In this document: in pieces, positions 39,723 through 50,100 of the stretch
Numbering within the stretch: the stretch's first letter is position 1
Layout: each line of letters opens with the position of its first letter
Assembly (NCBI GenBank): GCA_017540505.1
Contig: JAFYAW010000015.1
Span: forward strand, 21,550-85,549
Source: Bacteroidales bacterium
GTDB lineage: Bacteria; Bacteroidota; Bacteroidia; Bacteroidales; WCHB1-69
Length of the DNA stretch: 64,000 nt
Direction of reading: 5' to 3'
Notes under the pieces: model-generated
The model's database searches: none
Told to the model about the DNA's origin: nothing
The model's input: only the letters and a program-made list of their open reading frames with translations
Program-made: the position numbers and the translations under genes

Positions 39723-40430
39723 TTAATAATGTAACAATGTTCCGATGTTTTCACCGCTCAAAACCTTGGCGAGGTTGCCGGATTTGTTGGCATCATAGAC
39801 ATAAATCGGCATATTGTTTTCCTTACAAAGGGTAAATGCCGTCATATCCATGATTTTGAGGTTGTTCCGATAGGCTTCGTCGAAGGTGAGTTCCGTGTAT
39901 TTGGTGGCGGTGGGGTCTTTTTCAGGGTCAGCAGTATAGACGCCGTCCACGCGGGTACCCTTGAGCAGAAGGTCGGCGCGGATCTCCACGGCGCGCAAGG
40001 CGGCGCCGGAGTCGGTGGTGAAGAAGGGGTTGCCAGTGCCGCCGCCAAGAATGACAACGTAACCGTTCTCAAGGGCCTCCACAGCCTTGCGCCAGGAGAT
40101 CTTCTCCCCGATGCTTTCGATGGTAAAGGCCGTCAACACCTTGGCTTTGACACCCATCTCCTCCAAAGCGGCCTGCATGGCCATGGCGTTGATGACGGTG
40201 GCCAACATGCCCATCTGGTCGCCTTGCCGGCGGTCGAAACCCTTGGATGCGCCCTGCACACCCCGGAAGATGTTACCGCCGCCAATGACCACACCCACCT
40301 GCACGCCCATATCCACCGCAGACTTGATCTCCGATGCGTAATGATGCACGTGTGCATACTGGATGCCGTAGTTGTCATCCCCCATAAGGGATTCACCACT
40401 GAGTTTGAGGAGGATTCGCTTGTATTTCAT
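39723..40430 (-). CDS. pyrH: UMP kinase
   Basis: 235-aa ORF (MKYKRILLKLSGESL.., ..VVIGGGNIFRG..). A -7 box lies at 40448-40455. Confidence 0.96.
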   Translation of the reverse strand: MKYKRILLKLSGESLMGDDNYGIQYAHVHHYASEIKSAVDMGVQVGVVIGGGNIFRGVQGASKGFDRRQGDQMGMLATVINAMAMQAALEEMGVKAKVLTAFTIESIGEKISWRKAVEALENGYVVILGGGTGNPFFTTDSGAALRAVEIRADLLLKGTRVDGVYTADPEKDPTATKYTELTFDEAYRNNLKIMDMTAFTLCKENNMPIYVYDANKSGNLAKVLSGENIGTLLHY

Positions 40431-40490
40431 ATCGTAAAAATTGAGTGCAAAAATACAAAAAAATGAAACACGACCTTGGATTCTGGGAAT

Positions 40491-42104
40491 TTATCGGATG
40501 TTTTCACTCTGCTCTGAAAGACCTTCGAAAAAATGCTCGGCGGTAGGGTGAATAACACTGTCGGCCAGCACACACACAGAGATTTCCCCATTGCCTGCTA
40601 ACCGTTGCAAACGCGGGAGAATGTAACGGGCCTCCTCAAACAGGTTCCGATAAAGCTCATCTTCCACTAAGATATAGTCGTATTTGAACGTCAGTGCGTG
40701 ATTCACCACGGAAGGCCGGTTCCACATGACGGCATAGCCTTCACGATCCATCATCACAAAAGGCAGGTTCTGCGGATAGGAGAACAATGTTAGAAAACGC
40801 AAATCCTTTGACCCACAGCCGATCTGCTCTAACAGCTGGTTGGCATTCTTGTAGCGGATGGCAGTGGTGAGGGCTTCTGTACCCTCCAGACGGCGCGTTT
40901 TCTGCATCTGACAAGCCTTCACCGTCATAAATCCGGAAATAATTAAAACTCCTGTCAGCACAATTATCCGGATCCATCGTTCAGACGGATTGGGAAGGAT
41001 GCACAACAGTCCGGCAAACGACAGTACCACCGGCAGATATAGGCTGTCCAGGAAATAGTAGTCATGGTCGCTGAACTGCTGCGACATAGCCACGACAAAC
41101 AGGATTTCGCCAAACACCCAGATGGCCAGTAACCACCACGGAGAAAGACGTTTGCCCTCTGTCTGCGGGGATTTCCGTTTTACTATCAAGGTCACCAGCG
41201 CGCCGGCGGCCACGGCCACGTAGAGCCAATGCGACATCCGCAGGAAATAGTGGAAACGCCAGCGGTCATGAACATTCTGCATCACAAATTTTGCATCCTC
41301 CAACTTGTGCACCGGAAGCAGGCTGCCGAGAAACAGCGACCCGTATTCATGGCGCAGGTGCAGGTTCCAAAGCCACCAGGAGGCGAATAGTGCCGCTCCG
41401 AGGACAAAAGGCAGCCATGTGGAACGGAAACGGACCTCGTGCCGCCACAAACGGAGGACATGGAAGCCCGCAACGGCCACCCATAATACAGCAAAGGAAG
41501 AACGTGTCATCATGGATAAAGACAACAGTAACAGGCTGATATAGAGTTGCCAGGTTTTGTCGCTGCGCCAGTAGAGTGCGTAAAAAAGAAGTCCGCCCAC
41601 CGCCAGCGACAGGGCAGGGATTGTCGGGAGGAAGGAGGCGCTGTAGTAGGCAAACGATGGCGCGGTGGCGGTGAACGCCGACACGAGCAAGGATTTCGCC
41701 CGCGAGCCCGACAGTACGAAAACCAGCAGATAGAGTGCCCACAGACCCAAAATGGTGACAGCCAGCGTCCATCCCCGGAAGACCCACGGCTGGGAGCTGC
41801 CGGTGATGTTCATCAGCACCGCCGCAATCCAGTGGTGCAACGGGAAGTCACAACCTGTTACAAGCGTTTCCGGATCCTTGAATCCAAACTGCTGTTTGTT
41901 GAAGATAAGTGTTTGCGGATGGAAGAGATCGCAGCCGTTGTGCTGGAACCCCAGTGCCAGCGAGTAGTTGTCCGCCTGCGTCCACGCGTGGATGTATGCA
42001 GGCGGCTCGTTGAGGTGCCGCACGCTGATAACCATCGCCACCACTGCAATAAGAAGCAGTGGCAGAACATGTTGCTTGATGGAACGGTTTCTGTTTTCTC
42101 TCAT
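40491..42104 (-). CDS. polytopic membrane protein, GT-C fold (ArnT/PMT-like, GT39-type) glycosyltransferase candidate
   Basis: 537-aa ORF with about 10 or more hydrophobic helices, then a ~150-aa soluble C-terminus. The first-loop acidic motif ..WTQADNYS.. resembles the GT-C DE/DxD loop. This is inference only. Confidence 0.5.
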   Translation of the reverse strand: MRENRNRSIKQHVLPLLLIAVVAMVISVRHLNEPPAYIHAWTQADNYSLALGFQHNGCDLFHPQTLIFNKQQFGFKDPETLVTGCDFPLHHWIAAVLMNITGSSQPWVFRGWTLAVTILGLWALYLLVFVLSGSRAKSLLVSAFTATAPSFAYYSASFLPTIPALSLAVGGLLFYALYWRSDKTWQLYISLLLLSLSMMTRSSFAVLWVAVAGFHVLRLWRHEVRFRSTWLPFVLGAALFASWWLWNLHLRHEYGSLFLGSLLPVHKLEDAKFVMQNVHDRWRFHYFLRMSHWLYVAVAAGALVTLIVKRKSPQTEGKRLSPWWLLAIWVFGEILFVVAMSQQFSDHDYYFLDSLYLPVVLSFAGLLCILPNPSERWIRIIVLTGVLIISGFMTVKACQMQKTRRLEGTEALTTAIRYKNANQLLEQIGCGSKDLRFLTLFSYPQNLPFVMMDREGYAVMWNRPSVVNHALTFKYDYILVEDELYRNLFEEARYILPRLQRLAGNGEISVCVLADSVIHPTAEHFFEGLSEQSENIR

Positions 42105-42113
42105 GAAAATTTC

Positions 42114-43193
42114 TTACCTTTTCACCATTTTCTTGTTACAAATGAAATCATTCCCTATCATTTGCAACAAATAAATACCTGACGGAATGTCCGGCAGTGT
42201 CAGTGTAAGGCTGTTTTGAAGATTTCCCTCCTCTGACCAAAGCACCTGTCCTGTCAGACTGATAATCTGCACCACGACAGGTTCTTCAACTGCTGTGGGT
42301 GCCACAATCGTAACGCGGTCGGTGGCGGGAACGGGATAAACATGCCATTTTTCTGCTATACTGATTTCCGCTATACCATTGGGATAGAAGGCATTGACAG
42401 AATCGCTACCCCAGATTTTACCCACCAGTTCGGGAAAATCGATAAAGGGGTTGCGGTTGTGCTGGAGATTAAAGATAGCGTTATTGCGGTCGATTTCCTT
42501 TTGGCTTACAGGGTCTTCGTTGTGCCAGCGGATCAGCATATTCAACGCCCAGGGCTTGAGCGAGCCCCCGGAAAACATGGAATAGTTGTCCTGGTTCAGG
42601 TTTTTATCCATATAACAGACAGCCATGTAGAAATAGGAACGGGCAAGATCACCCTTATATTCATCAATGGGTTCAAAAACAGTGCCGTTGTATCCCTGCG
42701 TGGAACAGGATCCCAACTTCGAGCCATTGGAGCTGGTCCAAGTGGCATTTCCCACTTCGCCAAAAGCGAAATTGTTGCGTTTCCCATTGACAAAACCATC
42801 GGTGGGGTAAATGTGGAAAAGGTCAGTTTTCATGGGTGTTTTTTCTCCAAACCAACTTTGCGGCACACTGTGCTCGCGGTTGTAGCAGTCGCCCTCCGAA
42901 TCGTAATTCCCGCATTGGTCCGTCCCAAAAACATAATAATAAGAGGTTTGGCCTGTCGGGTTATCAGAGTATATATCCCAAATTTTGCTGTTGTCAGGAC
43001 GTACATCGGTTGATTGAAAAGCACCCCACAAAGCAGTGTATGACAGCTCCGTATGCGGTTTTATGATGCTAAAAAGAGCCTGTCGCAGGGCGTATCCTTT
43101 CTTCTGGCTGGCATTGTTGTAGTAGCCTGCAGGCGGCTGGGCCTGCAAACAAACCGCACATAAAAGGAATCCTATCAGAAGACGATGTTTCAT
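42114..43193 (-). CDS. extracellular endonuclease I-family nuclease with T9SS C-terminal sorting domain
   Basis: 359-aa ORF with a signal peptide and Endonuclease_1 strings (..YNREHSVPQSWF.., ..DLFHIYPTDG.VNGKRNN..FGEV). C-terminal ..VYPVPATDRVTI..GIYLLQMIG.. tail. Confidence 0.82.
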   Translation of the reverse strand: MKHRLLIGFLLCAVCLQAQPPAGYYNNASQKKGYALRQALFSIIKPHTELSYTALWGAFQSTDVRPDNSKIWDIYSDNPTGQTSYYYVFGTDQCGNYDSEGDCYNREHSVPQSWFGEKTPMKTDLFHIYPTDGFVNGKRNNFAFGEVGNATWTSSNGSKLGSCSTQGYNGTVFEPIDEYKGDLARSYFYMAVCYMDKNLNQDNYSMFSGGSLKPWALNMLIRWHNEDPVSQKEIDRNNAIFNLQHNRNPFIDFPELVGKIWGSDSVNAFYPNGIAEISIAEKWHVYPVPATDRVTIVAPTAVEEPVVVQIISLTGQVLWSEEGNLQNSLTLTLPDIPSGIYLLQMIGNDFICNKKMVKR

Positions 43194-43237
43194 TAATCCG
43201 CAATTTGGAGTGCAAAGATAACAAAAAGAAGCGTCGG

Positions 43238-44062
43238 TTACAACAGTCCCATGATGGTCCGTGTTTCCACGGCCTCGCGCACATCGTGTACCCGCAGGAT
43301 ATGCGCACCCCGCATGAGCGCGTATGCGTGCACGACGGTGGTTCCGTTCAACGCCTTGTCTGGTGTTGTATTCAACAACTTGTAAATCATAGATTTGCGT
43401 GAAACACCAACCAATATGGGCAAATCAAAAACCTTGAATGCATCCAGATTACGCAGGATAAAATAGTTTTGCTCCAATGTTTTTCCAAAACCGAAACCGG
43501 GGTCGAGAATGATGTCGTGCACATGAGCCTGATGCAGTTTTTCCAGTTGCTGGCCGAAAAACTGCAACATTTCCGCCAAAATGTCCCGATATTCGGTGCA
43601 ATTCTGCATCTTGTCCGGTTTGGCGGGCGTGTGCATCAGGCAGTAGGGAACCTGCTGCTGGCCGATAGTCGGGATCATGTCGGGATCAAAGGTGCCGCCG
43701 GAAACGTCGTTGATCATATCGGCACCATTCTCCACGGCGGCACGAGCCACGGAGGCACGCCACGTGTCCACGGAGATAACGGCTGTGGGACAATGGCCGC
43801 GCACGATCCGGACGGCATTTTGGATGCGGTTTATCTCCTCTGTTTCAGGCAATTCCATCGCCCCGGGGCGAGTGGAGACCGCCCCAATGTCAATGATTTC
43901 CCCACCTTCATCAAGAATCTGGTCGGCACGCCGGCAGATGGAATCCCTGTCGGTGTAACGTCCGCCGTCAAAAAAAGAATCCTCCGTCACATTGAGGATA
44001 CCCATGATGACAGGCTTCTCCATCGACAAAAGGCCGCTCTTCGTTCGGATTGTGTATGTCAT
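43238..44062 (-). CDS. folP: dihydropteroate synthase
   Basis: 274-aa ORF with pterin-binding ..GILNVTEDSFFDGG.. and ..ILVGVSRKS... Confidence 0.94.
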   Translation of the reverse strand: MTYTIRTKSGLLSMEKPVIMGILNVTEDSFFDGGRYTDRDSICRRADQILDEGGEIIDIGAVSTRPGAMELPETEEINRIQNAVRIVRGHCPTAVISVDTWRASVARAAVENGADMINDVSGGTFDPDMIPTIGQQQVPYCLMHTPAKPDKMQNCTEYRDILAEMLQFFGQQLEKLHQAHVHDIILDPGFGFGKTLEQNYFILRNLDAFKVFDLPILVGVSRKSMIYKLLNTTPDKALNGTTVVHAYALMRGAHILRVHDVREAVETRTIMGLL

Positions 44063-44213
44063 AATTTTTTTTGCAAAAATACTACATATTTGAGAGAATC
44101 TGCCACATATTCTTTTTTTGGCAAATTATTTGCTATGATATTTTTCTTGGAAATTATCCGTAAAAAATCAAATTGAAAAAATATAATCATAAACTATTAT
44201 AACAAAGATAATT

Positions 44214-44837
44214 ATGGAAAACGAGGAAAAAGTTGACCAACAAGAAGAAGTGAAAGAAAAGGACATAACTGCCGAAAACACACCGCAAACTGACAATTTG
44301 ACGGCTGAAACTGACACGACTACCCGGAAGAATGGTTTGTTCTCCAAAAAGAATCATAAGGATAAGAATAAGATTCAGGAGTTAGAGGCGGAAATTGAGA
44401 AGCTGAAAGCGGAAAAGGCGGAGCTGAATGACCGTTTCCTGCGTCTCTATTCGGAATTTGACAACTATAAAAAGCGGGCCAACAAGGAGAAATTAGACAT
44501 TCTCTCCACCGCTTCCGAGAAAGTGATTGTCAATCTGCTTCCTGTGATTGACGATTTTGAAAGAGCCATTGCCGCCAATGAGAAAGTGGAGGATATTAAG
44601 GCCATCAAAGACGGTTTTGTGTTGATTTACAATAAATTGATACAACTGTTAAAACGATTCGATGTGGAGGAGATTCAAGCCAAGGGCGAAGAGTTCAACA
44701 CCGATTTCCACGAGGCAGTCACGCATTTCCCCACGGAAAAAGAGGAGGATAAAGGCAAGGTAATAGACGTGACGGAGAAGGGCTATAAGCTGAAAGAGAA
44801 GGTGATCCGTTATGCGAAGGTGGTCGTTGGGCAGTAA
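44214..44837 (+). CDS. grpE: nucleotide exchange factor GrpE
   Basis: 207-aa ORF with an acidic N-terminus, a coiled coil and ..RLYSEFDNYKKR... Confidence 0.93.
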   Translation: MENEEKVDQQEEVKEKDITAENTPQTDNLTAETDTTTRKNGLFSKKNHKDKNKIQELEAEIEKLKAEKAELNDRFLRLYSEFDNYKKRANKEKLDILSTASEKVIVNLLPVIDDFERAIAANEKVEDIKAIKDGFVLIYNKLIQLLKRFDVEEIQAKGEEFNTDFHEAVTHFPTEKEEDKGKVIDVTEKGYKLKEKVIRYAKVVVGQ

Positions 44838-44838
44838 T

Positions 44839-44888
44839 GGGTGTTAAAAGTTAAGAAACTAAGAAATTAAGAAGTGAAGTTGGTGTTT
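44839..44888. repeat. degenerate 7-8-bp-period GT/A-rich array directly after the grpE stop
   Basis: GGGTGTTAA AAGTTAA GAAACTAA GAAATTAA GAAGTGAA GTTGGTG. Confidence 0.6.
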
Positions 44889-44922
44889 TGCTACATTAAT
44901 TTCATAAAATAGGAACGATATT

Positions 44923-46101
44923 ATGGCAGAAAAAAGAGATTATTATGAGGTATTGGGGGTAACCAAGGAGGCCTCTGCGGAAGAGATCAAGAAGGCCTAC
45001 CGCAAGTGTGCCATGCAGTACCATCCCGACCGGTGGGTGAACGGCACCGAACAGGAGAAAAAGGATGCCGAGGAGAAGTTCAAGGAGGCGGCGGAGGCGT
45101 ATGACGTGTTGAGCACGCCGGAAAAGAAGGCGCGTTACGACCAGTTCGGTCACGCGGGCATGGGCAGTGCGGCCAGCGACTTCTCCGGATTCAACATCAA
45201 CGATATTTTCAGCCATTTCTCCGACGTGTTCGGCGGTGGCGGCTTTGGCGGCTTCGGTGACCTTTTCAGCGGTTTTGCCGGTGGCGGCGGTGGCGGCCAG
45301 CGCGTACGCCGGGGCGGCAATATGCGTATCAAGGTGAAGCTCACCTTGGAGGAGGTAGCCAATCCCACGGAGAAGAAAATCAAAATCAACAAATATGTCC
45401 CCTGCACGCATTGCGGCGGCACGGGAGCCAAGGATGTGCACAGCAAGCAGACCTGTCCCACCTGCAAGGGTAGCGGTCAGGTGGTGCAGCAGCATAGAAC
45501 CATGTTCGGCATCATGCAGCAGGCCTCGGTCTGTCCACAATGCCACGGTAACGGCGAAATCATCAAGGATCCCTGTCCGCACTGCCACGGCCGCGGCATC
45601 GTCCAGGGCGAAGAGGTGATCCCCATCACCATACCCGCCGGCGTGGACAACGGGATGCAGCTCACCATGCGCGGCAAAGGCCATGCGGCTGAAAACGGCG
45701 GCGTCAACGGCGACCTGCTCATCGCCATCGAAGTGATGGACCACGACATCTTTGAACGCGACGGCAACAACCTCTATCTCAACTATTACATCAGCTTCCC
45801 GCAAGCCGCCTTGGGCGACACAGTGGAAATACCGACGCTTAACGGCAGAGCCAAGGTGAAAATCGCCGCCGGCACACAAGGCGGACAGATCCTGCGACTG
45901 CAAGGCAAAGGCCTTCCCGAACTCCATTCCAAGAATATGGGCGACCTCATCGTAAATGTGAATGTGTGGACCCCAAAGAGCCTGACAAAAGAGGAGAAAG
46001 CCCTTATCGAATCACTGAAAACGCACGACAATTTCGTCCCAAAACCGGGACGAAACGAGCGAAGCGTCTTCAACAGGGTGCGCCAGTTCTTCAGAGACTG
46101 A
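44923..46101 (+). CDS. dnaJ: molecular chaperone DnaJ
   Basis: 392-aa ORF with a J domain containing YHPDR, a G/F-rich region and four CxxCxGxG Zn motifs. Confidence 0.97.
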   Translation: MAEKRDYYEVLGVTKEASAEEIKKAYRKCAMQYHPDRWVNGTEQEKKDAEEKFKEAAEAYDVLSTPEKKARYDQFGHAGMGSAASDFSGFNINDIFSHFSDVFGGGGFGGFGDLFSGFAGGGGGGQRVRRGGNMRIKVKLTLEEVANPTEKKIKINKYVPCTHCGGTGAKDVHSKQTCPTCKGSGQVVQQHRTMFGIMQQASVCPQCHGNGEIIKDPCPHCHGRGIVQGEEVIPITIPAGVDNGMQLTMRGKGHAAENGGVNGDLLIAIEVMDHDIFERDGNNLYLNYYISFPQAALGDTVEIPTLNGRAKVKIAAGTQGGQILRLQGKGLPELHSKNMGDLIVNVNVWTPKSLTKEEKALIESLKTHDNFVPKPGRNERSVFNRVRQFFRD

Positions 46102-46107
46102 AACAGA

Positions 46108-46419
46108 CTATAACACGAACTGCGTGATTACAAACACGATTCCGCAGATGAAGGTGGACACGACGATGCCGCGTCCCGTTTTGTCGTATTTCAGATTCAG
46201 CAGATAATGCCTCAAAATGAAAAGCGACGGAATCAGGCTGATGAGAATCAGCTTGGGAATGATGGTTTTGTACAGTTTCGGGTTGTTGACCAGCATGTCC
46301 GGATAGGAGTGCACCAGAATGGACAGAACGCCGAACAAGATTCCGAACAAGATGACCGGCACCAGAATACCCATCAATATTCCTAAAACAAATGAGTCTT
46401 TTCTCAATTTATCTAACAT
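46108..46419 (-). CDS. hypothetical small membrane protein
   Basis: 103-aa ORF with three hydrophobic helices. Its start overlaps the 3' end of surE by 11 nt. Confidence 0.6.
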   Translation of the reverse strand: MLDKLRKDSFVLGILMGILVPVILFGILFGVLSILVHSYPDMLVNNPKLYKTIIPKLILISLIPSLFILRHYLLNLKYDKTGRGIVVSTFICGIVFVITQFVL

Positions 46420-47179
46420 CTTCCAAAAATTTTAAATCGTTCATATAACGGTAGGCGGTCATGTCATATTGCACCGGCTGCACAGAAATGTAATGGTTTT
46501 TGAGGAGGTTTTCACAGCAGTCCTCATTCTTGTCAAGGACCTCCAAATAGCCTGTAAGCCAATAGTATTTGCCCCCGAACGGATCCGTGTTCTCTACCAG
46601 CTCCTCATGCCATATACCGTTAGTCTGCCTTGCAATCCGGATCCCCTTGATCTCGTCAATGGAACCCTTCGGGATGTTGACGTTTAGGCTGGTGAAAGGA
46701 GGAAGTCCCCGTTTCAGCACTTCGGCCACAATTTTCTTGCCATAATGGATAGCGGCGGTGAAATCGGCATCCTTGGAATAGTCCAGCAGGGAAAGCCCTA
46801 TAGCCTTGTTCTCAAAGGAAGCTTCGATGGCGGCACCCATGGTGCCTGAGTATATGACGCTGACCGAGGAGTTGGAACCGTGGTTGATGCCCGACAGCAC
46901 CAAATCGATAGGGCGGTCTTTGAAGATAACTTTTTGTCCGAGTTTCACACAATCCACTGGAGTGCCATTGGTACGCCAATATTGAATTCCATCTTCCTCT
47001 TTATACAAATGGAGGCGGAGTGGCTGCATGAAGGTGATGGAATGTCCCACACCCGAGCGCGGCTGGTCCGGAGTGACCACCACCACTTCGCCAAACGAGC
47101 GGGCGATCTCCACCATGGCGACAAGTCCTTTCGCCTCGTAACCGTCATCGTTGACGACCAGAATAACAGGTTTGCTCAT
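46409..47179 (-). CDS. surE: 5'/3'-nucleotidase SurE
   Basis: 256-aa ORF with N-terminal ..ILVVNDDGYEAKG.. and ..SGINHGSN... Confidence 0.94.
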   Translation of the reverse strand: MSKPVILVVNDDGYEAKGLVAMVEIARSFGEVVVVTPDQPRSGVGHSITFMQPLRLHLYKEEDGIQYWRTNGTPVDCVKLGQKVIFKDRPIDLVLSGINHGSNSSVSVIYSGTMGAAIEASFENKAIGLSLLDYSKDADFTAAIHYGKKIVAEVLKRGLPPFTSLNVNIPKGSIDEIKGIRIARQTNGIWHEELVENTDPFGGKYYWLTGYLEVLDKNEDCCENLLKNHYISVQPVQYDMTAYRYMNDLKFLEDVR

Positions 47180-50100
47180 TATTGTTTTACGATTTTAAAG
47201 GTTTTGACAAGATTATGCTTGTCGGTCACGCGCATCAGATAAATGCCGTTGGAATAGGATGCCAAAGAGAGTGTCTGCTCCTGGGTGAACTCGCCCTGTT
47301 TCAGGATGCGTCCGGAAAGATCCATCAGCTGATATTGCATGGGGCGGGATTCCGGAGTGAGAATCTTCACCACATCGCAGGTGGGGTTGGGGTACACAAC
47401 AATCTCATTGTCAGAGACTATCTCTTCGATGCCCACATCAGACTTGCTGGCAAGAGGCAAGCTGATGAGGTCGATCATGGCCATGTCGGAACCCGCTGAC
47501 ATCCAATTGTCTTTCTTGTATTCCCATTTGAGGGTGTGGCGGCCTGAGTTGATATAGTATTGCGCTTTGGTCCAATTGATATCACCCGTCCAAGATCCTT
47601 CTTTTACTCCGTCAATGGTAAAATAGAGGTAGTCGTAATTCTCTTCGGAAGAAACCTTATAATAGAAACTGACGGTGTCGGGATGACTGCTTTCCACCAC
47701 AATGGACAAGGTGCTGGACTGGTTATTGCCGATGGTGCCGGATTTGGCGGCATACGTGCCCTCATACGGGCCTTGTGTGGTGATGGTCCAAAGATGACTG
47801 TTGTCGTTCTGCCACTCGAACTGAGAAAAATCACCAGATTCCCAGTCTTCGATAGAGGCTCCTATTTTTAATGGGATTTCTTTAACTTCTGTATAATCAC
47901 CAGAATAGTAAGCAATACGTAAAATGGCGATAGTGGGTTCCGTGACATCGGATTTCACCTGGATGTAAAAAGGTGCTACATACGATTGGGATACCTGCAA
48001 GGAGGGAACACTTTGCGGTCCGCGGAGGAACTTGATTTTCCCGTCAGGGCTGCTCAGATACACCGTGCCGTTGGCAGACGATCCATTGCCCACATTGCCC
48101 ACATTGACAAGCAGGGTGGCTTTTTCACCAAAATCCAAACGACCGTTGCGGTTGCCGGCAGTATCCAAAATTGTGGCATCCGTGATGGAGAGCTTGGGGG
48201 CGTGCAACGGAATGGAGAAATTCTGCAGTTTGGCTTCCCCGTTGTAAGTAAGCATAAGCGTGAAAATGGCCGTTTCAAAGGCAGGTGCATTGTCCGCCAC
48301 CTTAAACTTGTAGGCTCCTTGGCTGACAGTGTTCGCCCCAGCACCCAACTGGGACAGATTCAACGTGCCATTCTTGATGGTGACGTAGGGACTGTTGGTG
48401 CTGAGAACAGTTTGGATATTGCTGGCATTCTGGTTTCCGATATTATGGAAATCCACATCAATGTTGACCGTCTCCCCGTTGTCGGCATTGCCATCGTGGT
48501 TGCCGTTATCATTCAGGGTGAAGGACTCGGGCATAACATACGGACCGTTATTGGGGATGAAGGTCAGGGTGCCGACAAAGGGAATGTAGTTGGGGTGGGA
48601 GGCCACCACACAGAAGGTGTCGCCCGGAACTGCACTAGTGGGCAGGTTCATGACAAGAGATCCGTTGGAAATATTGCCGGTGCCAATCACTTGGTTGTTG
48701 CGGGAAATCGACACTTTGGCATTTTCCACTGGGGAGGTGAAGGTGACGTTTGGGGAGCCCACAAAAACGGAATTTGTATAGGACACATTCAAGGGTTGTG
48801 GTACAGCAGTACGCACCAACAGAGTGGGATCACCGAAGATGACCCAGGTGCGGGCCATTTTGGTGGCTTCGGAGTTGGAGGAGCTGGAGTAGGTATCCAT
48901 CATGTGCATAAGACCGTTGAAGACAATGCCACCGAAAGTGTGTCTCTGCGGCAGGTTGCTGGTCTCTGTCAGAAGCAGATTCATGCGGTCCTGGCCGCAC
49001 ATGGGCTCGTCCCAAGACTGGTTGATGGTGGACATCAGCGTACTCACCGCACCCGTGGGTTGGCCGTTCTTGGTGGCACGCATCCAAGTCTCTGCAAAAC
49101 AGGTCTTCCCACTGTACTCACCGTTCACACATGCTACCGAAATGATGAAGGGCAATTTATTGTAGTTGGTCAAGTTTTGGACATTGGTGTTGCTGAAACT
49201 GGAGGTCACCCACATGTTGTAGTCCCCATGACCGCAATAATTGATGACACCCACGCCAGCATTGATGGCATTGGCCACTTGGGTGGCGGTGGGGTTGCCT
49301 GCCCCATCCAAACCACCATGTGAACCTTCGAAAAACTCATAACCTGAGGTATAAGTGTAGTTTTGGAGAATGTTGTCGATATTGCGGATGTGATCGTAAT
49401 CGTATTCGTTGTTGTCGCCAGGACCTTGGCTGGAAGCGATACCGCAAAAGACGGGGAAATGGGATGTCTCTGGCGGATTCTGCTCATATTGGATAAAACG
49501 ATCCACCTGCGTGTTGACGTGGTCAACGGTTTCCGCCGAGATTTTTCCGATGATGACATCCGCGTAGCAGTCGTTGCCTGCAATCTCACCGTAATAGTTG
49601 TCGCTGATATTCCCGTTGGCCGTGATGGTAGGGAATTTCCCGCTGTCACCCACCAGCAGAACGAAGGTGAGATTATGGCTGTTATAATAATTGGTAATGT
49701 AGTTTTTCACCTGGCTGCTCGTGTTTCCAGTCGTGGAAAGGGAGACGATTTCCGTGGGATAACCGTTTTTGATTTTCCAATCCGCGTAAGGCTGCATGGC
49801 TGCGCAGAACTCCTGTGGAGCCAGAATGAGGATAGCACCGTTTTCCTCCAATGGCGTGGAACGCATGGTGTGGTAATTCAGGAAATGATTCTGGTAGATG
49901 TCCTTAAATGTTTTGGAAATCCTGCTCGGATGCTGGATGTCGGACGTGCTGTTGAAACGGATGCGCACCGTGATACTGGAATAGACCTTCAGCTCTTTGC
50001 GGACAGGATTGTAGGCAAACGGGTAGAAACGGACCGGAATACCATGATAGTCATGCAGTTGGTAGGAATCGCCCAATGTGACACTGTCATTGTATAACAT

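Noticed and set aside
44063-44213. CIRCE/HrcA operator in the folP-grpE divergent spacer.
   Set aside because: No TTAGCACTC-N9-GAGTGCTAA-like inverted repeat is present.
44902-45927. 341-aa ORF antisense to dnaJ. There are similar long antisense ORFs at 195-800, 1780-2826, 8233-9009, 13248-14108, 14676-15590, 15548-16285, 17715-18887, 19752-20816, 21271-22233, 34610-35284, 36783-37451, 42342-43013, 43469-44176, 47986-49323, 49363-50097, 51410-52933, 53099-53986, 57210-58286 and 60854-61579.
   Set aside because: Each lies fully inside, and opposite to, a confidently identified conserved gene. Translations are low-complexity (rich in G/H/V/A/L/R) with no recognisable motifs. This is typical of stop-codon-poor antisense frames of GC-rich coding DNA.
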